A stretch of DNA of 64,000 nt, taken from contig JBCCEA010000003.1 of assembly GCA_039030515.1 (NCBI GenBank), positions 1 to 64,000 of the forward strand, read 5' to 3'. Both the position numbers and the translations under genes were made by a program. Position 1 is the first letter of the stretch, and every line of letters starts with the position of its first letter. The notes under the pieces were generated by a model. The model saw nothing but the letters and a program-made list of their open reading frames with translations, searched no databases and was not told the DNA's origin. Source of the stretch: Myxococcota bacterium. Lineage in GTDB: Bacteria; Myxococcota_A; Polyangia; Polyangiales; Houyiibacteriaceae. Shown piece by piece: positions 18,552-28,016 of the stretch.

Positions 18552-19664
18552 GTGAAACCACTTCGTTCAAGGACGCCCAGTTTGGCTGAGGAGCGCTCGG
18601 ACGAGAAACGCTTGGCTGAGAAGCGAAAGGCAACCCTGGTCGCGAAAGCGACCGAGTTGGGCTTTGTCCGATTGGGGGTCGCGCGCGTGGAGCCCCTAAC
18701 CGAGGAAGCCAAGCGCTTGCGGGCATGGCTTGAGGACGGTCGTCACGCAGACATGGACTGGATGGCGCGCACGGCCGAGGTGCGATGCGATCCATCGCAT
18801 CCGGGGATGCTGCCTGACGCTCAAAGCGTGGTGATCCTGGCCGCGACCTACCATCGCCGGGATTTAGAGCCAGTCGGACCTTCACCAAGCCGCGTTGCGC
18901 GCTACGCGCGTGGCCGCGACTACCACAACGTACTTCGCCGAGCTGGACGAAAGCTCGCCAAGGTGCTGACGGTCGACGGGGATCGATGTCGCGTATGTGT
19001 GGATTCGGCTCCGGTGTTTGAGCGAGCCTGGGCCGCTCGAGCAGGGGTTGGCTTTGTTGGTAAAAATTGCTGCCTTATCGTACCGGGCATCGGGTCTTAT
19101 GTTTTTTTACTGGCTCTGGTCACGACTGCGGTTCTTCCCCCGGATGAGCCCATTCGAGCAGGCTGCGGTCGTTGCACCGCTTGCTTAGATGCCTGCCCTA
19201 CGGCCGCTCTAGTCGCTGCCGGGGAACTCGATGCCCGTAAATGCGTCGCGTACCACACCATCGAGAATCGAGGAAGCATCCCCGAGCCGCTGCGAGAAGG
19301 CATGGGCGCTTGGCTCTTCGGCTGTGACGTCTGCCAAGAAGTATGCCCCTACAACGCGACCTCCAATATTGCGGAAGGGCTTGCGGAACCCTATGCGCCG
19401 CATCCCCGACACGCATCGATAGATGCGCCGGCTCTCTTAAAAATGGACGAGCCTGCTTTTGAGGTCTGGGCGTCCGCCTCGCCATTGCGTCGTTCGGGCA
19501 GGAAGGGGTTGGCCCGCAACGCCGCGATCGTCCTTGGCAACACCGGGGACAAACGCTATCTGCCCGTGCTCCAGAGCGCGGCCGTATCCCACGACGAGCC
19601 TGTAGTTCGAGAGGCAGCCGCCTGGGCGGTCAGTCGTATCGAGGCGGGCTGGGGCAACTCCTGA
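18552..19664 (+). CDS. queG: Epoxyqueuosine reductase
   Basis: ARYARGRDYH, DSAPVFER, CGRCTACLDACPT and FGCDVCQEVCP motifs. The true start may lie further downstream. Confidence 0.93.
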   Translation: MKPLRSRTPSLAEERSDEKRLAEKRKATLVAKATELGFVRLGVARVEPLTEEAKRLRAWLEDGRHADMDWMARTAEVRCDPSHPGMLPDAQSVVILAATYHRRDLEPVGPSPSRVARYARGRDYHNVLRRAGRKLAKVLTVDGDRCRVCVDSAPVFERAWAARAGVGFVGKNCCLIVPGIGSYVFLLALVTTAVLPPDEPIRAGCGRCTACLDACPTAALVAAGELDARKCVAYHTIENRGSIPEPLREGMGAWLFGCDVCQEVCPYNATSNIAEGLAEPYAPHPRHASIDAPALLKMDEPAFEVWASASPLRRSGRKGLARNAAIVLGNTGDKRYLPVLQSAAVSHDEPVVREAAAWAVSRIEAGWGNS

Positions 19665-19682
19665 GTGGGCCCGAGTGGCTGC

Positions 19683-20762
19683 CTACCGGGGGTGTTCGGA
19701 ACTCGAAGTATCGTGTTCGCTTCTTTGCTCCTGCGCTTCTTGGGCGCTCGGGTGCTGGGGCTCGGAACGGATGAGTAGCTTCTCTAAACCGGTGATCAGT
19801 TCGTCTAGTCCTTCCCGGGTTGCAGAGCTGATACCGTACACTTCGAAGTTTCTCCTCTGAAGCGCGGCGTGAATCTCCTCGGAACGGGCGCGAACCTCGG
19901 GCAGATCGGTTTTGCTGAGTCCGACGATCATCGGCCGTTTGGCGAGGGCGGGATCGAAGCACTCGAGCTCGACGAGTAGGCGGTCCAGGTCTGCGAGAGG
20001 ATCTCGTGCGGGGTCCGGATCCACCGTAATCAGATGGAGGAGACAACGGCATCGCTCGACGTGCCTCAGAAACCGGAGGCCCAGTCCCGCTCCTTCGGAG
20101 GCTCCCTCGATGATGCCCGGAATATCCGCCATCACGAAGTTCCGCGAGTCTCCGAGGGAGACCACTCCGAGGTTTGGAGTGAGGGTGGTAAAGGGGTAGT
20201 CGGCGATTTTTGGACGAGCTCTGCTTACGACCGAGATCAAAGTGCTTTTACCGGTATTGGGGAAACCGACGACGCCAACATCCGCGAGCAGTTTCAGCTC
20301 GAGCCTCAGTTTTCTGCGCTGTCCCTCTCCTCCGGGTTCAGCCCGGCGGGGAGCCCGGTCGTATGGGGTTGCGAAATGGATGTTGCCGCGGCCACCGCGA
20401 CCGCCTTTCGCCACCGTAACTTCCTGATCAAGTCTGCACAGGTCTGCGAGAAGTTCTCCGGTTTCTAGGTCGAAGACCTGGGTACCGATCGGAACGGCTG
20501 CGACGCGAGACTTGCCGCGTTTACCGTACTGGTCTTTGCCTCGACCATGCTCGCCGCGACCGGCTCGTACGAGTTTGCGGTAGCGAAGGTCGAACAGCGT
20601 GGAGAGACTCGATTGGGCCTGAAGGACGACGCTGCCGCCATCGCCACCATCGCCGCCAGAAGGCCCTCCCAGGGGCACAAATTTCTCGCGTCGAAACGCG
20701 ATGCAGCCATTGCCACCATCGCCTGCGCGCACTTCGATAGTGACTTCATCGATAAAATCCAC
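19683..20762 (-). CDS. obgE: GTPase ObgE/CgtA
   Basis: FIDE, GGDGGDGG Obg fold, GFPNTGKS, YPFTTL and DIPG motifs. Confidence 0.97.
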   Translation of the reverse strand: MDFIDEVTIEVRAGDGGNGCIAFRREKFVPLGGPSGGDGGDGGSVVLQAQSSLSTLFDLRYRKLVRAGRGEHGRGKDQYGKRGKSRVAAVPIGTQVFDLETGELLADLCRLDQEVTVAKGGRGGRGNIHFATPYDRAPRRAEPGGEGQRRKLRLELKLLADVGVVGFPNTGKSTLISVVSRARPKIADYPFTTLTPNLGVVSLGDSRNFVMADIPGIIEGASEGAGLGLRFLRHVERCRCLLHLITVDPDPARDPLADLDRLLVELECFDPALAKRPMIVGLSKTDLPEVRARSEEIHAALQRRNFEVYGISSATREGLDELITGLEKLLIRSEPQHPSAQEAQEQRSEHDTSSSEHPR

Positions 20763-21012
20763 CTCGCCAAACTAGCAGATTCCAGTGATAGGTCCGCTCA
20801 GCGTGCGTTCGCTGACACGTTTCTGCTGAATTAACCGGGCACATATCGCTTTGTGCACGGCGTCGAGCAGGGCGACACCCTGGCTTCTGCTCGCGGGGAT
20901 TCTTCAAACCTCGAGCACAGGGGGCATGTGGGCGTTTGGATGCGGTTGCGCCCGCCGTAGTGTGCGCGGGAAGTAGCGATTCTTACAACCTCACCTACAA
21001 TCGCCTCGCAAG

Positions 21013-24000
21013 ATGTCTGAAGGTAGAACGACGAAGACTGCTTTGGGTGTGGCCCGGGCGCGTTTTGTTGAGGGGCTTTCTCGAAAGGCGAGCGAACTTC
21101 GCGGATCGATTGCGCTTGTTGTTGGAACGCCTGAGGCGGACAAGCCGAGGGAGGACTTGCGGCGGCGACTTCATGCGCTGTACGCCTCAGCTCAAGTTTT
21201 TCATATCGAGGCGCTTTCGGAACGGCTGGCCGAAGCGATTCGCCGGCTGGACGAGGCGCGCGACTCGAAGCGACCTCTTTTACAAGAAGATCTCGACGCG
21301 CTGGGTTCTCTTGCCGCTGAGTTACCCAACCTTGCCCGAGTCGCGGTTGATTTGAGTCAACCGTCTGTTCCCATTTCAGAACCGCCTTCGGTGTCGCGAG
21401 TACCCATCCCACCCCCGAGAGTTCCGCCAAGGTCGAGCCGCCCGATGGCCGACCCCGCCCGAACACTGCTCGGTGTGCAGTCCCTTGCCGGCTCCGAAAC
21501 CACCCCGCCCAGAAGGCCTTCCGGGAGCTTTACGGCAGCTCGCACGAGCGACAGCCCCAAGCCCCATCGTCTTGCGACCTTGGTATCGGTTCTGGTGGTC
21601 GATGAGTCGGAGGCGCAAGCGCAAGTACGCGCGGCGCTGCCTCCAGACACTTTTGAGATTTTGGTCGCAGAAGATTCAGCCGAGGCGTTACGCGTCGCTC
21701 GCTCGAGTGCGCCCGACGTGGTGCTCGTAGATCGTGATCTCGCGCTTCGGGCGGAAGGCGACTTCATTCGGAGATTGCGCAGTGATCCTTTGACCGACTT
21801 TGTGCCGGTCATCTTGCTTCTCGGGCCCGGCAACCATGAGCCAGCATGGCTCCGCGAAGCAGGAGCCGATGACGGGATTCGCAAACCGGTTTCCGCGCAT
21901 GCGTTGATTCGCAGTATCGGGCGCTTGACCGATACCCTGCCCGATCGCGGCGAACTGGGGCTTGAGATGGTCGGGGACGTGACGCTGTCTGAGCTTGCCG
22001 ATCGCATCGCGGTCGAAGTGCGTCGCGGAATCGTGGAAAGTGCCGAACGAGGCCGGGACTTGCTGGTCCCTGTGGGTGATGGAGCGGAGCTGATGGCCGC
22101 GGCTTGGTCCACCATCGCCCGGGTTCGCGCCGCGGTTGCTCGACGTTCCGAGGGTAGGGTGCGATTCCGCGACTCTGCCCGCCGCGGCGGCCCAGCGATG
22201 CTGGCCTTGGTCGACGACGAGTTGCCCGTCAGAGAGGAATCGGACCTCGCGGTCCCAATTCAGGGCCGAGAGATCGTCGTTGTGGACGACGATCCCGAAG
22301 TTCGATGGTTCTTCGCAGGCCTACTTCGAGACGAGGGCGCCACGGTGATGGAGGCTGAGGACGGAGAGCAAGCACTCGGAATCTCACGCCAGGCACGCCC
22401 GGATGTTATCATTAGTGATATTCTCATGCCTCGGATGGACGGCTTTGAGCTCTGTCGTCAGTTGCGTCGAGATCCGATGCTTGCGGAACTGCCTGTGGTG
22501 CTGCTCTCCTGGAAAGAGGACTTTCTCCAGCGAATGCGGGACCTCAAGGCGGGTGCCAAGGCGTATTTGCGTAAGGAAGCGGATCGTGAGCAGATCCTCG
22601 GTAAGGTCCGCGATGTACTCCGACCGCGTGCGAATCTAGAAAGCCGGCTTCGTTCTGGTGGAGAAGTTCGAGGCAGGATCGAGGGACTCGGGATCGCTCC
22701 ACTGCTCTACGCGGTTGCAGAGGAGCGAACGGATTCACGGGTCACCGTACGAGACGCGTGGAATCTTTTCGAAGTCGATTTGCGCTCCGGGCAGCTTGCC
22801 AATCTCACCCGTACGGCGACCGATGGCACGTTTGCGCGGGGACCCCGTGCTCTTGCTCAGCTACTCGGCGTTACGGCCGGACGATATACGATCGACGATG
22901 CGACTCGTCCGGTACGCGCTGCATTCGAAGGGACACTCGAAGACGTGCTTTCTCAGGCCTGCTACCGCTTGGGTGCAGCGATAGACTCGGTTTCGGGATC
23001 CTCGCTTGCGCAGGTCGATGAGATCGATGTCGATGAAGACGTTGGCTCTTCGTTTCTGAGAAATTCGCCGGGTAAGGTGGCGAGCCTGGTAGAGCGCATC
23101 AAGCTCGGAGAGCGACCGAGGGAGATGTTGCTTTCGGGAACCGTAGACCCGTCCGAGCTCGAAGAAGCGCTCGTAGATTTGGTGCGTCGCGGTGCGGTCC
23201 TCGGAGTACGGGATGCCGCCGGTCGGGACATGATCGCCTCCCACCTAGAGCAGAGGCTAGAAGAAGTCGAATCGTCGCTGCCGAGTACGCCAGCACCGGC
23301 GCCGCACACCGAAGCGATAGATAGCTCCTCACCTGAAGTGCCTCTGGGCGAGAGCACCCCGATCCTTCCAAAGAAAGAACGCGACCTCCCGGAGCAGTTT
23401 GGAGGTCTGGAAGCTGAAGCAGACCAGTTGTCGACCGCTATCGGTCCCTCAAGCACAGCACTCTCGGTCGACGATCTCGAGGTCGGAGAAGATTGGGAAA
23501 CCGACATCGAAGCCTCCATCAACGCTTCAGAGTCGCCCGTTCACCCACTTGAGGAGCAGCCGCAAGATGGGTCTTTCTCCGAGGACCTCGCAGATCCGTC
23601 AGAAAAGCGCAGCGGCACTGGGATGGCTGTTTTTGCACTTGTTCTGGCAGCTTTGGCGGTGGCCGGATACTTGGTTTGGCCCACGCTTTCACCGCCCTCG
23701 ACGTATGTCCCGCCCGATACATCGCAAAAGCAGCAAGGCGGGGTGGAACTCGAAGACTCACTGCCGCAAATTAGCTCTGAGCAGCTGCCTCCGGTCGATC
23801 CCGAATCGCATGAGTTTGAAGAGGCTGCTCCCATCGCGTCTTTCGGACGCTTGATCGAAGGGACCGAGTCCGAGGTGCGGGTGCGGGCGGGACAGGGCCT
23901 CTTGCGGGTGACCAATGCGTCTGATGCACCTGATACTGAAGTTCGAATCGGCGACAGACGAAAAGAGCTTCCCGTCGAGTTGGCGCTGCGGGAAGGGATA

Positions 24001-24099
24001 CACCAGATATCTTTTCGTCGTGAAGGTGCCTGGAGGCATCTCTTCGTGATGGTTCGAGAAGACTTTACCCGCGTCGCGGAGTTGCCTTCTGAGCCCTAA
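21013..24099 (+). CDS. Membrane-anchored multidomain response regulator (Hpt-like, REC, REC, DUF4388/PATAN, TM, PEGA-like)
   Basis: RLHALYASA Hpt-like motif; two receiver domains (VLVVDE..DVVLVD..KP and VVVDDD..DVIISDILMP..K); GRIEGLGIAPLL PATAN-like segment; TM GMAVFALVLAALAVAGYLVW. Confidence 0.8.
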   Translation: MSEGRTTKTALGVARARFVEGLSRKASELRGSIALVVGTPEADKPREDLRRRLHALYASAQVFHIEALSERLAEAIRRLDEARDSKRPLLQEDLDALGSLAAELPNLARVAVDLSQPSVPISEPPSVSRVPIPPPRVPPRSSRPMADPARTLLGVQSLAGSETTPPRRPSGSFTAARTSDSPKPHRLATLVSVLVVDESEAQAQVRAALPPDTFEILVAEDSAEALRVARSSAPDVVLVDRDLALRAEGDFIRRLRSDPLTDFVPVILLLGPGNHEPAWLREAGADDGIRKPVSAHALIRSIGRLTDTLPDRGELGLEMVGDVTLSELADRIAVEVRRGIVESAERGRDLLVPVGDGAELMAAAWSTIARVRAAVARRSEGRVRFRDSARRGGPAMLALVDDELPVREESDLAVPIQGREIVVVDDDPEVRWFFAGLLRDEGATVMEAEDGEQALGISRQARPDVIISDILMPRMDGFELCRQLRRDPMLAELPVVLLSWKEDFLQRMRDLKAGAKAYLRKEADREQILGKVRDVLRPRANLESRLRSGGEVRGRIEGLGIAPLLYAVAEERTDSRVTVRDAWNLFEVDLRSGQLANLTRTATDGTFARGPRALAQLLGVTAGRYTIDDATRPVRAAFEGTLEDVLSQACYRLGAAIDSVSGSSLAQVDEIDVDEDVGSSFLRNSPGKVASLVERIKLGERPREMLLSGTVDPSELEEALVDLVRRGAVLGVRDAAGRDMIASHLEQRLEEVESSLPSTPAPAPHTEAIDSSSPEVPLGESTPILPKKERDLPEQFGGLEAEADQLSTAIGPSSTALSVDDLEVGEDWETDIEASINASESPVHPLEEQPQDGSFSEDLADPSEKRSGTGMAVFALVLAALAVAGYLVWPTLSPPSTYVPPDTSQKQQGGVELEDSLPQISSEQLPPVDPESHEFEEAAPIASFGRLIEGTESEVRVRAGQGLLRVTNASDAPDTEVRIGDRRKELPVELALREGIHQISFRREGAWRHLFVMVREDFTRVAELPSEP

Positions 24100-25376
24100 T
24101 TTCGCCCTGCGGTTACGCTGTTTTCGCAACGCGGTGTGAGGCGCTCTGCAGCAGGTCGATTCCCGAACGAAAAGACCTGAACCCCTCCCTGTGGACTCAC
24201 AAGAACAAACGAGTCGTCGGTAACCGAGAACTCGGCGTGTACCGGGCGCCCGGAGGTCTCAAGCTCTTGTATTTGAGCCCCTTCGCCCGTTTCAAGAGTG
24301 CGGAGCAATCCATCGGTTCCAAGGGTAATTAGGTACGCTTCTTCAGGAGAGAGACGCACAATTTCAAGGTGTTCTGATGAGGTTGAGTCGTCAAATAGGG
24401 CTCTGCTAGCCTCTAGATCCCAAACGCGAGCTACATTCTTATCCCCGACCGCAAGCAGCTTGCCGTCTTTGGAGAAGCTATCGGTGGACACCGCGGTGGT
24501 GCAGGGGAGACTTTGTTCGTAGTCGAGCACCGTCGGTCGAATGCGTCGCCAGATCACCACCTGCCCCAGAGCCCGATCGGCAAGGGCCAATCGTGAGCCA
24601 TCCGGAGAAAAGGCGACCGAAGTGCAGTCGCCCCCGGAGGACCAGAGACCGGACTGCCACACCGGCTCGTTCATCGAACTTGTGTTCCACACCTCTGCCG
24701 TGTTTCCGCGAGTACACGCCACGAATTGACCCTCTGGACATAGACTGACCGTGTGTACAGGTTGCGCATCACTCGACTGCGGAGACGCGATCGATCCTTT
24801 CGCGGGATGGGTGTAGAGCACGCCGCCATCAGCGAGGCCGAGGGCGATCCCTCGATGCGGCATCCATCGAGAGTGAGCCGATCGCACCTCGGGGTCTTCA
24901 CGTCTTAGCCGGAGGACTGGGCGCGGATCCTCCATCGTAGACCAGGGCAGCGCATGGATCTCTTTGCCGTGTTCTGCATCCACCTCGAAGAGTACGCAGA
25001 CGGAGTCCACAGAGATCGGCTCTGCTTCAACGGAGCGACTGAGAGGTGCTTTCTGCAGGTTTGGTGACGATGTTCGATAGCGAGCTTCCGGACGTCCCAG
25101 CTGCCGCTGTCGCCATCCGAGAGGCTGTGCGGTGAGCTCTCTTGAGCGTTGCAGAGGGACAGCAAACTCCTGCCACCGTCTCGTTCTTTGCTGCGGAGTT
25201 CCTCGATTCCGACGCAGCTCAGGAGCGGTCACTCGGATGCGTTTCGGGCTGCGGTGATGCCATCGCCGAGGTGTCACCCCATCCATCTGCGTCGGACTGA
25301 TGCGGGGCACCGCTGCGTCGTGCGCTTCGTTGTCAGGACCGTGTAATTCACTCGACTTCGGTCGCTGCTCGTCCAT
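24096..25376 (-). CDS. WD40-like beta-propeller protein with a disordered basic N-terminus
   Basis: VAFSPDGSRLA, FSKDGKLLAVG..ARVWD and LSPEEAYLIT repeats; GAGGGG SD. Confidence 0.7.
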   Translation of the reverse strand: MDEQRPKSSELHGPDNEAHDAAVPRISPTQMDGVTPRRWHHRSPKRIRVTAPELRRNRGTPQQRTRRWQEFAVPLQRSRELTAQPLGWRQRQLGRPEARYRTSSPNLQKAPLSRSVEAEPISVDSVCVLFEVDAEHGKEIHALPWSTMEDPRPVLRLRREDPEVRSAHSRWMPHRGIALGLADGGVLYTHPAKGSIASPQSSDAQPVHTVSLCPEGQFVACTRGNTAEVWNTSSMNEPVWQSGLWSSGGDCTSVAFSPDGSRLALADRALGQVVIWRRIRPTVLDYEQSLPCTTAVSTDSFSKDGKLLAVGDKNVARVWDLEASRALFDDSTSSEHLEIVRLSPEEAYLITLGTDGLLRTLETGEGAQIQELETSGRPVHAEFSVTDDSFVLVSPQGGVQVFSFGNRPAAERLTPRCENSVTAGRN

Positions 25377-25413
25377 GAGTCCCCTCTCGTGATTTCAGGG
25401 CGCGCCGCTATCT

Positions 25414-25455
25414 GCGTACTCTGGCTAAAACTACGCGTACTCTGGCTTAAACTAA
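25414..25455. repeat. 21-bp direct tandem repeat x2
   Basis: gcgtactctggctaaaactac / gcgtactctggcttaaactaa, plus a degenerate third copy. Confidence 0.85.
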
Positions 25456-25464
25456 GCGCGTGCT

Positions 25465-27798
25465 CTAGTTTGCGTAGCCTAGCGCTCGGAGTTGCGCCCG
25501 AATCGCGTCATCCATTTCAGCGGCTTGCTGATCCACACGGATACCGGGGCCCTGTTCGGCAGCGATCCAATTGGCTCGATCGCTTGCACCTAGATATTGC
25601 CCGAGATGGATCCGAAGGAATCGCTGGGCGATCGGATGAACGTTCAAGTCGAGCTGATCGACTTCTTGAGGGTCCTTGCGCAAATCAAACATACTGGCGG
25701 TGAGGTTGCCTCGGAGAATGAACTTCCAGTGACCGCTTACCGCGACTCGACGATCGTGTAAGAAGTCGCTAAACGCGATTCTGGGGCGACTCGACGGGAT
25801 TCCATCGACCAGGTCCATCAAACTTTCGCCTTCGGTGGGCATGGGTGATACCCCTAGAAGATCGACCACGGTCGCTGGGACATCGAGGGTAGTCACCGCG
25901 TCCTTGATTCGTCGGCCCGCCGGAATCGAGTCGGGAAGTCGCGCAAACAGCGGCACATGGAGAAGCTCTTGGTAGACCGAGTGTCCATGCCCCCAAGATC
26001 CGTGCTCTCCGAATTCTTCTCCGTGGTCGGAAACGACAACAAAAAGGGTGTTGTCCCAAAGTTCTAGCTCCTTCATCCGGTTGACGAACGTACCGAGATG
26101 ATGGTCGTGCTGGGTGATCTCTGCGTCGTGAAGGGCTTCCAATCGGCGGCGATCGCTTGCGGAAAAAGTAACTTGAGGCGGGTTGCGTTTGGCCTGTTCG
26201 AGAAGCTCGGGTGTTTTCCTCGGCCGAACTTGGCCATCGTAATGGCGATCGTCATACATGCGCAGGTACGCTGCTGGGGGATCATAGGGCACGTGGGGAT
26301 CGATCGTTTGGATGTAGGCAAAGAAACGCTCCCCCTGATGTCCCTCAATCCACTCCATCGCCTCACCGAATACATGTTCGGCCTCGGTCGACTTTCCTTC
26401 GCGGATGTAGTTCGTGTAGTGATCCCACCCTTGATCGAAGCCGAAGCGATCGGAGACGTAGCCGTTGGCGATAAAGCTGCCCGTTGCAAAGCCTTCCGCT
26501 TTGAGATGCTCGCTCAGCAGCAATGCCTCCTTTGGTAGTCGAGACTCACTTTCTTTCGCACCGTGGGTCAGGGGGTACAGCCCGGTGAGCACCGAAGCCA
26601 CCGACGGTTTTGTCCAGTTTTCAGGCGCTTGAGCCAATTCAAATACGGTTCCCTCTGCCGCGATCTTGTCGAGAACAGGAGTCTCCACGCGAGAGCGAGG
26701 ATTGTAGGCGCGTAGCTTTTCGGCCCGCAGGGTATCGATGAGCAGAACCACGACATTCTTGCCGTGTTCTCGCTCCTGAGGTTCCGCTGGAGGTACGAGT
26801 AGGGCTGGAGTGCTCCAGGCGATTCGCCCGGTGTCGGCGTGCCCGCTGGTGTCTGCTTCGGTCGTCCGGGATTCGGTGGTTGTGGCCTCGGTGATCAATT
26901 GAATGCGGGCAGTCTTGCCGGCGAACTCGGTTAGATCGGTGACCGCATTGTGCCAATTCGCTCCGAGGCTCTGTCGATAAATCTCGGTGGGCGGACCGCC
27001 TTCAGGAGTCACCACGGCGCGAACCACGCCTCCACTTTGGCTCTCCGCGCCGACACCGAAACTGAGATGCGCCTGCTCGGGAATCAACACATGCCAACTC
27101 AGGGTGGTTGGGGACCGCACAGCGATAGAGGTTCGGTCTTCACCATCGATCCGAACGTTGGAAATCAGCGTCTCGTAGTCGGGCAGCGCTTGCTCGCCGC
27201 CAGGTGGCTGACCTGCTCGGATTCGGATCCAGTCCATCGCCACGCTGACGTCTTCTTCCCCGACCTTAGTTGCGCCGCCAAAAGTCAGCAGCAGATAGTT
27301 TTCTCCGCGCCGCACCTTGTTCTTTGGAACGACAAAGTCCACGTTTCGAAAGTCTCCACTCGCGGGAAAATGCAGTGAAGTCAGCTGTTCATTGTTAAAC
27401 CAAGGGGTCAGCGCTCCGGTGCCGTGAGGACGCAGCCTGAGTCGTACATGAAGGTCCGCATCGGCAGCTGAATGGAAGTACACGCGTCCACGTCGACCTA
27501 CAAATGTCGCTGTGCGATCGCCTTCAGCTACCTGACTTCCCCAGCCACTCCGCCATCCCCCAACGGTGTACTTGGATTCCGCTGGCGTACCGAAGTCGAT
27601 AAAGAGCCCCTCTCGGTCGACATCTGCGAGGTGTAGCAAGCTCTGAAAATCGGTGTGCACGCGATGGTCGCGGAACTCGTCCGTACGTGACTCAAGACCC
27701 GCTTGGGCCTCGGTGGCACTGCTTGCATCACTACTGCAATCGCAGGCTGCTGCCAAAACGGAGAAAAGCAGAGCTGAAGCAAATCGTTTGAGGCGCAT
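25465..27798 (-). CDS. Sulfatase-like hydrolase/transferase lipoprotein
   Basis: Lipobox LAAAC; NVVVLLIDTLRA, WTKPSVASVLTG, DPHVPY, SDHGEEF and LRALGY motifs. Confidence 0.85.
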   Translation of the reverse strand: MRLKRFASALLFSVLAAACDCSSDASSATEAQAGLESRTDEFRDHRVHTDFQSLLHLADVDREGLFIDFGTPAESKYTVGGWRSGWGSQVAEGDRTATFVGRRGRVYFHSAADADLHVRLRLRPHGTGALTPWFNNEQLTSLHFPASGDFRNVDFVVPKNKVRRGENYLLLTFGGATKVGEEDVSVAMDWIRIRAGQPPGGEQALPDYETLISNVRIDGEDRTSIAVRSPTTLSWHVLIPEQAHLSFGVGAESQSGGVVRAVVTPEGGPPTEIYRQSLGANWHNAVTDLTEFAGKTARIQLITEATTTESRTTEADTSGHADTGRIAWSTPALLVPPAEPQEREHGKNVVVLLIDTLRAEKLRAYNPRSRVETPVLDKIAAEGTVFELAQAPENWTKPSVASVLTGLYPLTHGAKESESRLPKEALLLSEHLKAEGFATGSFIANGYVSDRFGFDQGWDHYTNYIREGKSTEAEHVFGEAMEWIEGHQGERFFAYIQTIDPHVPYDPPAAYLRMYDDRHYDGQVRPRKTPELLEQAKRNPPQVTFSASDRRRLEALHDAEITQHDHHLGTFVNRMKELELWDNTLFVVVSDHGEEFGEHGSWGHGHSVYQELLHVPLFARLPDSIPAGRRIKDAVTTLDVPATVVDLLGVSPMPTEGESLMDLVDGIPSSRPRIAFSDFLHDRRVAVSGHWKFILRGNLTASMFDLRKDPQEVDQLDLNVHPIAQRFLRIHLGQYLGASDRANWIAAEQGPGIRVDQQAAEMDDAIRAQLRALGYAN

Positions 27799-28016
27799 TG
27801 TATCTCCTTCGCCGCGGCGGGTTGCGTCGTCTGCGCCGCGGCATCTCCGTCGTCATCACATTCCTTTGCTGTGGCCAGACCTCAGCGGTTCAGGACGTGT
27901 GGCGGGGGCGATTCGAAATAGGACTCGAACCCGGCCTGACGCTATGTATTTACGTCGCTAATTCAGCCGATAGCATGTGTTATGCGAAAGGGTCAACTTT
28001 GGGTTTCGAACTCTCG

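Noticed and set aside
27963..27990. Chromosomal dif site
   Set aside because: Both arms have mismatches, and highly expressed genes (TCA cluster, rpmF-fab, tRNAs) are on the + strand on both sides, so no replichore switch is evident. Kept only as a weak dif-like note.
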